From: Candidatus Eiseniibacteriota bacterium
Lineage (GTDB): Bacteria > Eisenbacteria > RBG-16-71-46 > DASYSL01
Direction of reading: 5' to 3'
Length of the DNA stretch: 27,121 bases
Assembly: GCA_031431875.1 (NCBI GenBank)
Contig: JANPEF010000140.1
Location: 1 to 27,121 of the forward strand
Shown: positions 11,849 through 20,944 of the stretch, piece after piece
Position numbering within the stretch: position 1 is the stretch's first letter
Layout: every line of letters starts with the position of its first letter
The notes under the pieces: generated by a model
The model's input: the letters and a program-made list of their open reading frames with translations, nothing else
Database searches by the model: none
What the model was told of the DNA's origin: nothing
Position numbers and translations under genes: made by a program

Positions 11849-13518
11849 GGCGTCGCCTCGGCCGCTGCGGCATGCGAGCGCCAGTCGGGATCGATCGACA
11901 CGCCCTTGAGCGGGTGGACGTCGAGCACGGTGGAGTGGATGCCCAGGACATAGGGCTTGATCAGCGATGTCTCGGCGTAGTGGTAGACGGGAATGACCGG
12001 GCCCTCGGACAGCAGGATCGCCTCGGCGCGCGACAGCATGCGCAGGCGCTCCGCCGGGTCGACCTCGACAGTGGCGCGACGGATCAGGTCGTCGTACTCC
12101 GCGTTCGACCAGCCCGTGCGGCTGTTGCCGGCGTCGGTGATCCACATGTCGAGGAACGTCATGGGGTCGGCGAAGTCGCCGATCCACGAGCGGCGCGCCA
12201 CGTCGTAGTTCTTCGCCGTCGTCGCGGCCAGGTAGCTGGCCCACTCCTGGTTCGACAGCGTCACCTGGATCCCCAGGTCGCGCTTCCACATCGCCTGCAC
12301 CGCCTCGGCGATACGGCGGTGGTCCTCGCTGGTGTTGAACAGGATCTCGATCGGCGGAAACCCCTTGCCCCCGGGATAGCCCGCCTTCGCCAGGCACTCG
12401 CGCGCGTAGACGGGGTCGTACTTCAGTTGCGGCGGGGCGGCGTAGCCGGCGTAGCCCATCGGCGTGATCCCGCCCCACGCGGTCACCGTGCCCCGGAGCA
12501 CGTGCTCGGCGATCGCCGCGCGGTCGGTCGCGGCGTTGAGCGCGCGGCGCACCCAAACGTCGTCGAACGGTTTCTTCGTCACCACCATCGAGTAGAAGTA
12601 GGTGCCGTGATAGGGGCCGCCCGAGAAGTCCTTGAAGTGGCGGACGAACGGCACGACCGTCTTCGGCACGTAGCCGCTCGGGTTCCAGTCGACGACGCCG
12701 GCCTTGTACAGGTTCGTCGCGGTCGACAGTTCCTCGACCGGCAGGGCGACAATCCGCTCGAGCTTCACCGCGCCGCGATCCCAGTAGCGCTCGTTGGGTA
12801 CCAGCACGAAACGGTTCTTCAGTTCCCACTCGGCGATGCGGAACGGCCCGTTGCCCACGAGCGCGAGCGCGTCCTCCCAGCCGTCACCGAGTTTCTCGAT
12901 GACGTGCCGGGGCGTCGGCAACGACGTATAGAAAGTGGTCAGCTCGAGGAAGTAGGGGGTAGGCTGAGCCAGCGTGACGACGAACGTCGACTCGTCCGGC
13001 GCAGCGAGGCCGACCTGGGTCACGTCGGTCAGCTCGCCGGCGTTGTAGGCCCCGGCGTTCCTCACCGCGAACAGGAAGCTCGCATAGCGGCTGCCGGTCG
13101 CCGGGGCGAGCACGCGCCGCCACGACCACAGGAAGTCGCCGGCGATGAGCGGGTGGCCGTCGGCCCAGGTCAGCCCGGGGCGCAGGTGAAAGGTATAGAC
13201 GAGGCCGTCGGGCGACAGGTCCCAGCGGTAGGCCTGGCCCGGCACGGGGGCGAGCGTCCGCGGATCGGCGGAGCACAGGCCCTCGAACACCATTCGCGCA
13301 ATGCGGCCGTCGGGCTGGCCCGACATCACGGCCGGATCGAGGTGCTCGGGTTCGGCTCCGTTGTTGAACGTGAGGACCTGCCCGGACGGCGGCGTGGTGT
13401 CGCCGAAGTACGCGGCATCGCCCGCGGCGCGCGGCGCGCAGCCCGTGCCGAAAGCGAGCACGAGCGCGGCGACGGCGGCAAGGGCGGGGACCCCCTGATT
13501 TTTCGCAAGCGCGGTCAC
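11845..13518 (-). CDS. oppA: Oligopeptide ABC transporter substrate-binding protein OppA (family 5, probable lipoprotein, ~557 aa)
   Basis: GTG start inferred; hydrophobic stretch with lipobox-like [43 protein letters not shown]. Confidence 0.9.
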   Translation of the reverse strand: MTALAKNQGVPALAAVAALVLAFGTGCAPRAAGDAAYFGDTTPPSGQVLTFNNGAEPEHLDPAVMSGQPDGRIARMVFEGLCSADPRTLAPVPGQAYRWDLSPDGLVYTFHLRPGLTWADGHPLIAGDFLWSWRRVLAPATGSRYASFLFAVRNAGAYNAGELTDVTQVGLAAPDESTFVVTLAQPTPYFLELTTFYTSLPTPRHVIEKLGDGWEDALALVGNGPFRIAEWELKNRFVLVPNERYWDRGAVKLERIVALPVEELSTATNLYKAGVVDWNPSGYVPKTVVPFVRHFKDFSGGPYHGTYFYSMVVTKKPFDDVWVRRALNAATDRAAIAEHVLRGTVTAWGGITPMGYAGYAAPPQLKYDPVYARECLAKAGYPGGKGFPPIEILFNTSEDHRRIAEAVQAMWKRDLGIQVTLSNQEWASYLAATTAKNYDVARRSWIGDFADPMTFLDMWITDAGNSRTGWSNAEYDDLIRRATVEVDPAERLRMLSRAEAILLSEGPVIPVYHYAETSLIKPYVLGIHSTVLDVHPLKGVSIDPDWRSHAAAAEATP

Positions 13519-13525
13519 GGGCCGC

Positions 13526-13534
13526 AGTATACCA
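13526..13534 (-). promoter_or_regulatory. Extended -10 element (TGgTATACT) for oppA
   Basis: Minus strand reads TGG TATACT gcggccc GTG, placing the -10 element 7 nt before the start codon; no SD in between. Confidence 0.55.
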
Positions 13535-13593
13535 TCCGGCGCGAGCGATGCCGCCTCCCGGCGTGTGCGGCCGCCGGAGGTCCTGCCCATCGC

Positions 13594-14691
13594 ATGTCGA
13601 GCTCGATCGGACGTCTCTTCACCGTGACCACGTGGGGCGAATCCCACGGCCCCGCCGTCGGCGTCGTCATCGACGGCGTGCCGTCCGGGCTGCGCGTGGA
13701 CCCCGCGCTCATCCAGCGCGACCTCGATCGCCGCCGCCCCGGCCAGTCGTCGATCACGACCCAGCGCAGCGAGGCCGATCAGGTCGAAATCCTCTCCGGG
13801 TTCTTCGAGGGTGTCACAACCGGCACCCCGATCTGCCTCCTCGTGCGCAACACCGACGCCAAGAGCAAGGACTACGACGCGCTCAAGAACGTCTTCCGCC
13901 CCGGCCATGCCGACTTCACCTACGCCGCGAAGTACGGGGTGCGCGACCACCGCGGCTCGGGCCGCGCTTCCGGCCGCGAGACGCTCGGCCGCGTCGCCGC
14001 CGGCGCGATCGCCAAGGCGCTGCTGGCAACGCGCGGCGTCTCGATCGTCGCGGGCACCGTGGCGGTCGCCGACGTCACCGCCGAGCGCCGCGACTGGGAT
14101 GTCGCCGAGACGAATCCGGTCCGCTGCCCCGATACCGCGGCCGCCGAACGCATGATCGCCGCGATCGAGTCCGCCCGCGCCGAACAGGACTCGGTTGGCG
14201 GCGTGGTCGAGGTCGTCGCCCGCGGCGTGCCGGCCGGCTGGGGCGATCCGACGATGGACAAGCTCGACGCCACGCTCGCCGCCGCGCTCCTGTCGATCCC
14301 CGCCATCAAGGGCGTCGAGATCGGCTCGGGCTTCGCCGCCACGCGCCTGCGCGGCTCGCAGAGCAACGACGCGATGGGCCCCGACGGCTTCAAGACGAAC
14401 CACGCCGGCGGCATCCTGGGCGGCATCTCGAGCGGGCAGGACGTGGTCGTCCGCATCGCCGTCAAGCCCGCCTCATCGATCGCCCGCGCGCAGGACACCG
14501 TGAACACGGCGGGGGAGGCCCTGACCGTAAAGGTCGAGGGCCGCCACGATCCCTGCATCTGCCCGCGTGTCGTCCCCGTCGCCGAGGCGATGGTGGCGCT
14601 CGCTCTGGCCGACGCGTTCCTCCAGCAGTGCGCCCTCGAGGGCGCACGCCCGCGCGACGGCGCGCGCCCCCGCGCCGAAGGGATGGCCTGA
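13594..14691 (+). CDS. aroC: Chorismate synthase (365 aa)
   Basis: [52 protein letters not shown] upstream. Confidence 0.97.
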   Translation: MSSSIGRLFTVTTWGESHGPAVGVVIDGVPSGLRVDPALIQRDLDRRRPGQSSITTQRSEADQVEILSGFFEGVTTGTPICLLVRNTDAKSKDYDALKNVFRPGHADFTYAAKYGVRDHRGSGRASGRETLGRVAAGAIAKALLATRGVSIVAGTVAVADVTAERRDWDVAETNPVRCPDTAAAERMIAAIESARAEQDSVGGVVEVVARGVPAGWGDPTMDKLDATLAAALLSIPAIKGVEIGSGFAATRLRGSQSNDAMGPDGFKTNHAGGILGGISSGQDVVVRIAVKPASSIARAQDTVNTAGEALTVKVEGRHDPCICPRVVPVAEAMVALALADAFLQQCALEGARPRDGARPRAEGMA

Positions 14692-14693
14692 CC

Positions 14694-15707
14694 GTGGTCG
14701 TCGTCATGGCGCCGGGCGTCGACGAGGCGCGGATCGACGAGGTCGCCTCGCGCTTGCGACTCATGGGCCTCGCCGTCCACCGCTCCGACGAGCGCGGGCG
14801 CATCGTGCTCGGCGTCGTCGGTGACCTGGGCTCGCTCGACGTCGACGACGTGCGCCACCTGCCCGGCGTGCAGGACGTGGTCCGCATCAGCGCGCCGTAC
14901 AAGCTCGCCTCGCGTGCATTCCGCGCCGAGCCGACGCTCGTCACCGTGCGCGACACGGTCGTCGGCGGCAACAGGATCGCGATCATGGCCGGGCCATGCG
15001 CCGTCGAGAGCGAGCAGCAGGTCGAGGAGACCGCTGTCGCGGTCGCCGCCGCCGGCGCGACGATCCTGCGTGGCGGCGCATTCAAGCCGCGCACCTCGCC
15101 GTACACGTTCCAGGGCCTCGGCGAAGAGGGGATGAAGATCCTGCGCCGCGTCGCCGACCGCCACGACCTGGCCGTCGTCTCCGAGGTGCTCGACACGCAG
15201 CACGTCGCGATCGCCGAGCGCTGGGTCGACATCCTGCAGATCGGCGCGCGCAACATGCAGAACTTCGCGCTGCTGCGCGAGGTCGGCCGCACGCGCAGGC
15301 CGGTGCTGCTCAAGCGCGGCATGTCGGGCACGATCGAGGAGTGGCTGATGGCCGCCGAGTACGTCCTGGCCGGCGGCAACACGCAGGTCATGCTGTGCGA
15401 ACGCGGCATCCGCACGTTCGAGACGGCAATGCGCAACACGCTCGACCTCTCGTGCGTCCCGCTGCTGCACCAGCTCACGCACCTGCCGGTCGTGGTCGAC
15501 CCGTCGCACGCCGTCGGCGTGCGCGACAAGGTGCCGCCGATGGCGCTCGCCGCCATCGCGGCCGGCGCCGACGCGCTGCTGATCGAGGTGCACCCGCACC
15601 CCGAGCGCGCTCTGTCCGACGGCGCGCAGTCGCTCGATCCACCGCTGTTCGAGGACCTGATGCGACGGATGCAGGCGGTCGCCGTGGCGGTCGGTCGCAC
15701 GCTCTGA
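14694..15707 (+). CDS. aroF: DAHP synthase type I-beta with N-terminal regulatory domain (337 aa)
   Basis: GTG 2 nt after the aroC stop; AGPCAVES, RGGAFKPRTSPY, QIGARNMQN, LLKRG, CERGIRTFE, DPSH. Confidence 0.95.
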   Translation: MVVVMAPGVDEARIDEVASRLRLMGLAVHRSDERGRIVLGVVGDLGSLDVDDVRHLPGVQDVVRISAPYKLASRAFRAEPTLVTVRDTVVGGNRIAIMAGPCAVESEQQVEETAVAVAAAGATILRGGAFKPRTSPYTFQGLGEEGMKILRRVADRHDLAVVSEVLDTQHVAIAERWVDILQIGARNMQNFALLREVGRTRRPVLLKRGMSGTIEEWLMAAEYVLAGGNTQVMLCERGIRTFETAMRNTLDLSCVPLLHQLTHLPVVVDPSHAVGVRDKVPPMALAAIAAGADALLIEVHPHPERALSDGAQSLDPPLFEDLMRRMQAVAVAVGRTL

Positions 15708-15733
15708 TTCGTGGTGCGGTTGGTTGCGAGCGT

Positions 15734-15850
15734 CCCGTTGGACCAATCCCGACGGGGTGAACTGGGCAGTTGCCCAATTGACCTATCCCAGGCGAGGTGA
15801 AGTGGGCAGTTGCCCGGTTGACTCGTCCCGGGACGAGTCGTTTGGGCAGT
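15734..15850. repeat. Degenerate 40-bp tandem repeat with palindromic cores
   Basis: TGGGCAGT at 15763, 15803 and 15843; the 27-mers 15756-15782 and 15796-15822 differ at 3 positions; TGGGCAgtTGCCCA dyad; perfect 20-bp palindrome at 15820-15839. Confidence 0.85.
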
Positions 15851-15965
15851 CCTGTGCGAGGGACGAATGCTCCGCGGACCTCGTCCATCCCGCCGGACCT
15901 CCGTCCCGATGGCCATGTCCGAAAACGTCCGCTCCACGCGCCCGGGCCGTGCCATCATGCTCCGC

Positions 15966-17474
15966 ATGACGCCCCTCGATCCCGCCATCTGCTACGAGGC
16001 CCTGAAGAGCCGCGACCGCCGCTTCGAGGGCCGCTTCGTCGTCGCCGTGGGCACCACCGGCATCTACTGCCGCCCGGGGTGCCCGGCGAAGATGCCGCAC
16101 CGCGAGCACGTCCGCTTCTACGCCACGCCGGTGGCCGCTGAGGAGGCGGGCTTTCGCCCGTGCCTGCGCTGCCGTCCCGAGACCGCGCCGCGCTCCGCCG
16201 CATGGCAGGGGACGCAGGCAACGGTGACGCGCGCACTGCGCCTGCTCGATCACGAGCCCGAGGCCGCGACCGACCTCGCGCGCCTCGCCGAGCGCCTGGG
16301 GATCGGGCCGCGCCACCTGCGCCGGCTGTTCGTGACGCATGTCGGGGCGTCGCCGCGCGCGGTCGTCCAGTCGCGCCGCGCGCACTTCGCGCGCCGCCTC
16401 GTCGAGGAGACCGACCTGCCGCTCGAGACCATCGCGCTGACCGCCGGTTACGGCAGCGCCCGGCGCTTCCGCGCCGCGTTCGGCAACGCGTTCGGCCGCG
16501 CGCCGGCGCAGTTGCGCGGGCGGCGCGGCGGCACCCGCGCCACCGCCGCGCCGCACGAGGGCGAGCGCCCGATCGAGCTCACGCTGCCGTATGTCCCGCC
16601 GTACGACTGGCCCGCCGTGCTCGCCTACCGAGCGGCGCGTCTCATCCCCGGCGTCGAAACCGTCGAACGCGACGCGTACCGCCGCACGATCGACGGCGGC
16701 GTGCTCGAGGTCGCACCCGCGCCCGGCGCGGCTCGGGCGCGCATCAACGACCGCCCGTCACTCGTGCTCCGGCTCTGGCTGTCCGATCCGGGCGGCCTCG
16801 ATCGCCTCGTCGCCCGCGCGCGGCGCATGCTCGACCTCGAGGCGGACCCGAACGCGATCGCGGAACATCTCGCGCACGACCGCGCGCTCGCGGCGCGCGT
16901 GCGTCGCGTGCCCGGCATGCGTATCCCCGGCGCGTGGGATCCGTTCGAGCTGGCGGTGCGCGCGGTGCTCGGCCAGCAGGTGAGCGTCGCCGCGGCCACG
17001 ACGATCGCGGGGCGACTCGTGATGGCGTTCGGCACGGCGCGTGACTCCGCGGCGAACGTGGGCGCACTGACGCACGCCTTCCCGGACGCCACCCGCCTGG
17101 CCGAAGCCGGCGAAGCGCGGATCGGCGCACTCGGCCTCACGCGCGCCCGCGCGGCGACGCTGGCCGGACTCGCGCGCGCCGTCGCCGACGGTACGCTCGT
17201 GCTCGACGGCGCTCGCGGCCTCGAGGCGAGCATCGAGGCGATGACCGCACTCCCCGGCATCGGCCCGTGGACGGCGCACTACGTCGCTCTGCGCGGCCTG
17301 CTCGAGCCCGATGCGTTCCCGGCAGGGGACCTGGGCCTGCGCAAGGCGCTGGCGGCGAAGGGGGCCGCCCCGATCGCCGAGGCTGCACTCCTGGCGCGCG
17401 CCGAGCGCTGGCGGCCGTGGCGAGGCTACGCGGCGATCCACCTGTGGCACGGGCTCGCCTCGCGCGGCGATTGA
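15966..17474 (+). CDS. alkA: Ada-AlkA fusion: Ada Zn-binding/AraC regulator plus DNA-3-methyladenine glycosylase II (~502 aa)
   Basis: TGIYCRPGCP and FRPCLRCRP (Ada Zn domain), AraC HTH, AlkA_N, AVLGQQVS, LPGIGPWTA (HhH), DAFPAGDLGL, WRPWRGYA. Alternative start at ATG 15957. Confidence 0.93.
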   Translation: MTPLDPAICYEALKSRDRRFEGRFVVAVGTTGIYCRPGCPAKMPHREHVRFYATPVAAEEAGFRPCLRCRPETAPRSAAWQGTQATVTRALRLLDHEPEAATDLARLAERLGIGPRHLRRLFVTHVGASPRAVVQSRRAHFARRLVEETDLPLETIALTAGYGSARRFRAAFGNAFGRAPAQLRGRRGGTRATAAPHEGERPIELTLPYVPPYDWPAVLAYRAARLIPGVETVERDAYRRTIDGGVLEVAPAPGAARARINDRPSLVLRLWLSDPGGLDRLVARARRMLDLEADPNAIAEHLAHDRALAARVRRVPGMRIPGAWDPFELAVRAVLGQQVSVAAATTIAGRLVMAFGTARDSAANVGALTHAFPDATRLAEAGEARIGALGLTRARAATLAGLARAVADGTLVLDGARGLEASIEAMTALPGIGPWTAHYVALRGLLEPDAFPAGDLGLRKALAAKGAAPIAEAALLARAERWRPWRGYAAIHLWHGLASRGD

Positions 17475-17499
17475 CCGGGCAGGCGGCGAGGACTACGCT
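17471..17499 (+). promoter_or_regulatory. Sigma70-type promoter for the 17540 gene
   Basis: TTGACC (17471-76), 17 nt, TACGCT (17494-99); the -35 overlaps the alkA stop. Confidence 0.55.
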
Positions 17500-17539
17500 C
17501 GTTGCCGGTTCCGCTTCACCCCTCGCACCTGGAGGACCC

Positions 17540-18292
17540 GTGTCCCGGACGCATCGCACCCTGGCCGCACTGCTTCTCGCCGCCATCCCAGCTGCAGCGC
17601 AGGCCGACACGCTGATCGACTCGTACACGCAGTCGCTGCCGCCGAACAACTGGCTCCAGAACACGCACCGACCGATCCTGTTCATCGGCAGCGTGTGCGA
17701 CGGCGACCTGTGCCCGCCGTCGCCGATGGTGACGTTTCCGGACGACCAGACGTTCGTGGACCAGTCGGGCGTCACCGGCACAATCAGCCCGTGGCGCATC
17801 ACCGGGCTCGCCCGGACGCATCGCACAGGACCACCCGACCAGGGCGTCCTGCGGATCGATCCGGCGAACGGCGGGAACCTGGTGTTCGAGGGAGCCGCGG
17901 GCGCGGACCTCACGATCGTCCAGTACTGGGGCGAGCCGGCGCACCCGCTCGGTCTCGACCTCACCGCCGACGGCAGCGACCACTTCGAGATCGAGGTCCT
18001 GGACTGGCCGGTCGGATTGGACACGATCCACGGCGCAATCAGCTTGAGCGGCTCATCGGGAGCCGTCTCGGCGACCGCCCCGATCTTCGGCCACGGCTCG
18101 GGCACCCGGTCCATCCCGTACGAATGGTTCGCGCCGCTGGATTTGCACGACATCGACTTCATCCAGGCCGTCTTCTACATCACCCCCGAAACGCCGCCCA
18201 CGCTCGTCGTCGGCGAGTTCCGCATGGCGGGGACGCCGATCCCCGCGGCCCCGCAGACGTGGGGACGGATCAAGAACGCCTACCGCAACTGA
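17540..18292 (+). CDS. Secreted hypothetical protein (250 aa) with C-terminal TWGxIK..YR motif
   Basis: GGAGG at 17531-35, GTG at 17540; signal peptide ending AAAQA; beta-rich, acidic body; ends PIPAAPQTWGRIKNAYRN. Confidence 0.8.
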   Translation: MSRTHRTLAALLLAAIPAAAQADTLIDSYTQSLPPNNWLQNTHRPILFIGSVCDGDLCPPSPMVTFPDDQTFVDQSGVTGTISPWRITGLARTHRTGPPDQGVLRIDPANGGNLVFEGAAGADLTIVQYWGEPAHPLGLDLTADGSDHFEIEVLDWPVGLDTIHGAISLSGSSGAVSATAPIFGHGSGTRSIPYEWFAPLDLHDIDFIQAVFYITPETPPTLVVGEFRMAGTPIPAAPQTWGRIKNAYRN

Positions 18293-18300
18293 CCCGCGAC

Positions 18301-18330
18301 TTGACAGGCAGGCCACCGATGGGGTTTTCT
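18301..18330 (+). promoter_or_regulatory. Possible promoter for tRNA-Val/thrS
   Basis: Perfect TTGACA at 18301; weak -10 (TTTTCT) 18 nt downstream. Confidence 0.4.
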
Positions 18331-18386
18331 ACGGACCTGCGCCGGGCGCCCGGCCTTCTGGGCCCCAGGCGCCCGGCGCACGTCGT

Positions 18387-18463
18387 GGGCGATTAGCTCA
18401 GCTGGCTAGAGTACCTGCTTGACATGCAGGGGGTCACTGGTTCAAGTCCAGTATCGCCCACCA
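18387..18463 (+). tRNA. tRNA-Val(GAC)
   Basis: Acceptor stem GGGCGAT/ATCGCCC, D-arm TAGCTCAGCTGG, anticodon arm CCTGC-TTGACAT-GCAGG, T-arm GGTTCAAGTCC, encoded CCA; 77 nt. Confidence 0.97.
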
Positions 18464-18499
18464 CTTCGCTTCGCAGCTTCCAGCAACACGTGAAACGCG

Positions 18500-18530
18500 C
18501 GGGCGCCGACTTCACGGCGCCCGTTGTCGT
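18500..18530 (+). terminator. Hairpin between tRNA-Val and thrS (weak terminator or processing stem)
   Basis: CGGGCGCCG-acttca-CGGCGCCCG followed by TTGTCGT (poor U-tract). Confidence 0.45.
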
Positions 18531-18578
18531 AACCGGGACCCGGCCCGCAGACCGGCCCGCACCACCGAGGAGAAACCG

Positions 18579-20396
18579 ATGCTCGAGATCCCGGATTACG
18601 ACCCGAACGAGACCATCGCCGACGAGGTGGACGCTCAGGGGCGTCCGTTGCTCTCGACGGTGCGGCACTCCACCTCGCACGTCATGGCCACCGCGGTGAA
18701 GCGCCTGTTCCCCGAGGCGCACCTGGGCGTCGGGCCGGCGATCGAGGACGGCTTCTACTACGACATCGAGCTGCCGACCCCGCTCACGCCCGACCACCTC
18801 GCCGCGATCGAGGCCGAGATGGCGAAGATCATCGCGTCCGATGAGCCGTTCGTGAAGAAGATGTGGTCGACCCAGGAAGCGATCGGACACTTCGCCGCAC
18901 AGGGCGAGAAGTTCAAGGTCGAGATCATCCAGGACCTCGAGAAGATCGGCGTCACCGAGGTCTCGAGCTACGAGAACGGCGATTTCTTCGACCTCTGCCG
19001 CGGCCCGCACGTCAAGCGCACCGGGCAGATCGGTGCCTACAAGCTGCTGTCGATCGCCGGCGCGTACTGGCGCGGCAAGGAATCGAACCCGCAGTTGCAG
19101 CGCGTGTACGGCACCGCGTGGCACAACAAGACCGATCTCGACGCCTACCTGCACCGCCTCGAGGAAGCCGAGAAGCGCGACCACCGGAAGATCGGCCGCG
19201 CGCTCGACCTGTTCAGCGTGCACGAGGACGTCGGCGCGGGGCTCGTGTTCTGGCACCCGAAGCTCGGCATGGTGCGGCACCTCATCGAGAGCTACTGGCG
19301 CGACGAGCACCTGAAGCGCGGCTACGAGTTCGTGTACACCCCGCACCTGGCGTCGGAGCGGATCTACACCACCTCGGGCCACCTGCAGAACTACGCGGAC
19401 CTGATGTACGCGCCGATGGACATCGACGGCTTCCCGTACCGCGTCAAGCCGATGAACTGCCCCGGCCACATCAAGATCTTCCAGTCGACGCAGCACAGCT
19501 ACCGCGACCTGCCGCAGCGCTTCGCCGAGCTCGGCACCGTGTATCGCTACGAGCGCTCGGGTGTGCTGCACGGCATGCTGCGCGTGCGCGGCTTCACCCA
19601 GGACGACTCGCACATCTTCTGCACCCGCGAGCAGCTGGCCGATGAGATCACCGGCATCCTCGAGTTGATCGACACGATGATGAAGGACTTCGGCTATACC
19701 TACGAGGCGTTCCTCGCCACCCGGCCCAGGGAGAAGTCGCTGGGCACCGACGAGGAATGGGCGTGGGCGACCGAGGCGCTGCGGGAGGCGCTGCTGCGTC
19801 GCGGCGTTGACTACAAGGTCGACGAGGGCGGCGGCGCGTTCTATGCACCGAAGATCGACATCAAGCTGTACGACGCGCTGGGCCGCGGCTGGCAGGGACC
19901 GACCGTGCAGGTCGACCTCAACCTGCCCAAGCGCTTCGGCGTCACCTACGTCGGCCCCGATGGCAAGGAGCACGAGGTGGCGATCGTCCACCGCGCGATC
20001 CTCGGCTCGCTCGAGCGCTTCGTCGGCGGATTGATCGAACACGTCGGCGGCGAGTTCCCGCTGTGGCTGGCGCCCGAGCAGGTGCGCGTGCTGTCGATCT
20101 CGGAGCCGTCGGCCGAGTACGCGACCCACGTGCGCGACGTGCTCCGCCGCGCCGGCCTGCGCGCCACCGCCGACCTGGCGGCGGACAAGATCGGCGCCAA
20201 GGTGCGTCTCGCCGAGACCGAGAAGATCCCGTTCATGCTCGTCGTCGGCGAGCGCGACGCGACCGCCCAGGTCGTCTCGCCACGCCGGCACAAGGGCAAG
20301 CCCGAGGGCACCTGCACGGTCGAGGAGTTCATCGTCCGGGCCGAGGCCGAGATCGCGGCAAAAACCCGTCCGGAGGTTCCGCCGAAGGCGGAATAA
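18579..20396 (+). CDS. thrS: Threonine--tRNA ligase (605 aa, no N-terminal TGS domain)
   Basis: RHSTSH, GFYYD, DLCRGPH, GAYWRG, RDHRKIG, KPMNCPGH, RVRGFTQDD, HRAILGSLERF; GAGGAG RBS. Confidence 0.97.
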   Translation: MLEIPDYDPNETIADEVDAQGRPLLSTVRHSTSHVMATAVKRLFPEAHLGVGPAIEDGFYYDIELPTPLTPDHLAAIEAEMAKIIASDEPFVKKMWSTQEAIGHFAAQGEKFKVEIIQDLEKIGVTEVSSYENGDFFDLCRGPHVKRTGQIGAYKLLSIAGAYWRGKESNPQLQRVYGTAWHNKTDLDAYLHRLEEAEKRDHRKIGRALDLFSVHEDVGAGLVFWHPKLGMVRHLIESYWRDEHLKRGYEFVYTPHLASERIYTTSGHLQNYADLMYAPMDIDGFPYRVKPMNCPGHIKIFQSTQHSYRDLPQRFAELGTVYRYERSGVLHGMLRVRGFTQDDSHIFCTREQLADEITGILELIDTMMKDFGYTYEAFLATRPREKSLGTDEEWAWATEALREALLRRGVDYKVDEGGGAFYAPKIDIKLYDALGRGWQGPTVQVDLNLPKRFGVTYVGPDGKEHEVAIVHRAILGSLERFVGGLIEHVGGEFPLWLAPEQVRVLSISEPSAEYATHVRDVLRRAGLRATADLAADKIGAKVRLAETEKIPFMLVVGERDATAQVVSPRRHKGKPEGTCTVEEFIVRAEAEIAAKTRPEVPPKAE

Positions 20397-20401
20397 CGTC
20401 A

Positions 20402-20467
20402 CGGGCGCGAGAGCGCCCGGAATCCAGCCGAGCACGCAAGGCCGCTCCCGGCAGGGGGTGGCCTTGC
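20402..20467 (+). terminator. Two tandem hairpins after thrS (possible terminator)
   Basis: CGGGCGC-GAGA-GCGCCCG (20402-19) and GCAAGGCCGCTCCC-GGCA-GGGGGTGGCCTTGC (20436-67, with G-U pairs); no clear U-tract. Confidence 0.5.
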
Positions 20468-20650
20468 TGCATCTCGCTCATCAAATTAGTGGTTCTCCTG
20501 CCCGCCCCCGGTTCAGGTCAGCGCAACCGCCGCGCTCACCCTGGACCCTTCACGGCGTGACATGGCGCCCAATCGCCCGCGGGATCGTGGCCCCACGGTC
20601 GACGTGCCGCCCGGGCCGACCTTGCCGACGACCGCCTCCTTCGCCGCACC

Positions 20651-20770
20651 GTGGCCGAAACCTCAGACGGCCGGGACGATGCCGGCCGGGCGATCCGGGC
20701 GGGGGTCTACTTCGCCCGGGCCACCTGGGAGGGCTCAAGGACGGAACGGCGGGTCGTCCGTCTCGAATGA
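20651..20770 (+). pseudogene. Relic of a FlgD-Ig/T9SS-CTD-like C-terminal domain
   Basis: Translates as VAETSDGRDDAGRAIRAGVYFARATWEGSRTERRVVRLE*, matching the (W)DGxD..G....GVYF.R.....RxVxL terminus. The frame is closed upstream by TGA at 20558. Confidence 0.65.
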
Positions 20771-20902
20771 GCCTCCCGCGTTTGATTTCGTGCTTACCCA
20801 CATGATGAAGAGCCCATCGGGCGGCTCCCGCCGCCCAGGACGTCGTGGGGACCGTCGGATCCGGGGGGAGACGCGGTCCTTCACACGGCCGGCCCGGGGG
20901 CC

Positions 20903-20931
20903 TTGCGCCCTCCGGGCCGGGCTGTTACATT
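20903..20931 (+). promoter_or_regulatory. Sigma70-type promoter of the infC-rpmI-rplT operon
   Basis: TTGCGC (20903-08), 17 nt, TACATT (20926-31) with extended TG at 20923-24. Confidence 0.65.
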
Positions 20932-20944
20932 CCCGGTTGACATC

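Noticed and set aside
15756..15850. Possible mini CRISPR array
   Set aside because: Only two good 27-nt copies; the 13-nt spacers are too short and resemble each other; no cas genes in the window.
18387..18463. tRNA-Val as an integration site
   Set aside because: No integrase and no duplicated tRNA 3' end; the 9-nt GTATCGCCC match inside infC is chance-level.
18464..18578. T-box leader for thrS
   Set aside because: Only 115 nt and no recognisable T-box sequence or specifier stem.
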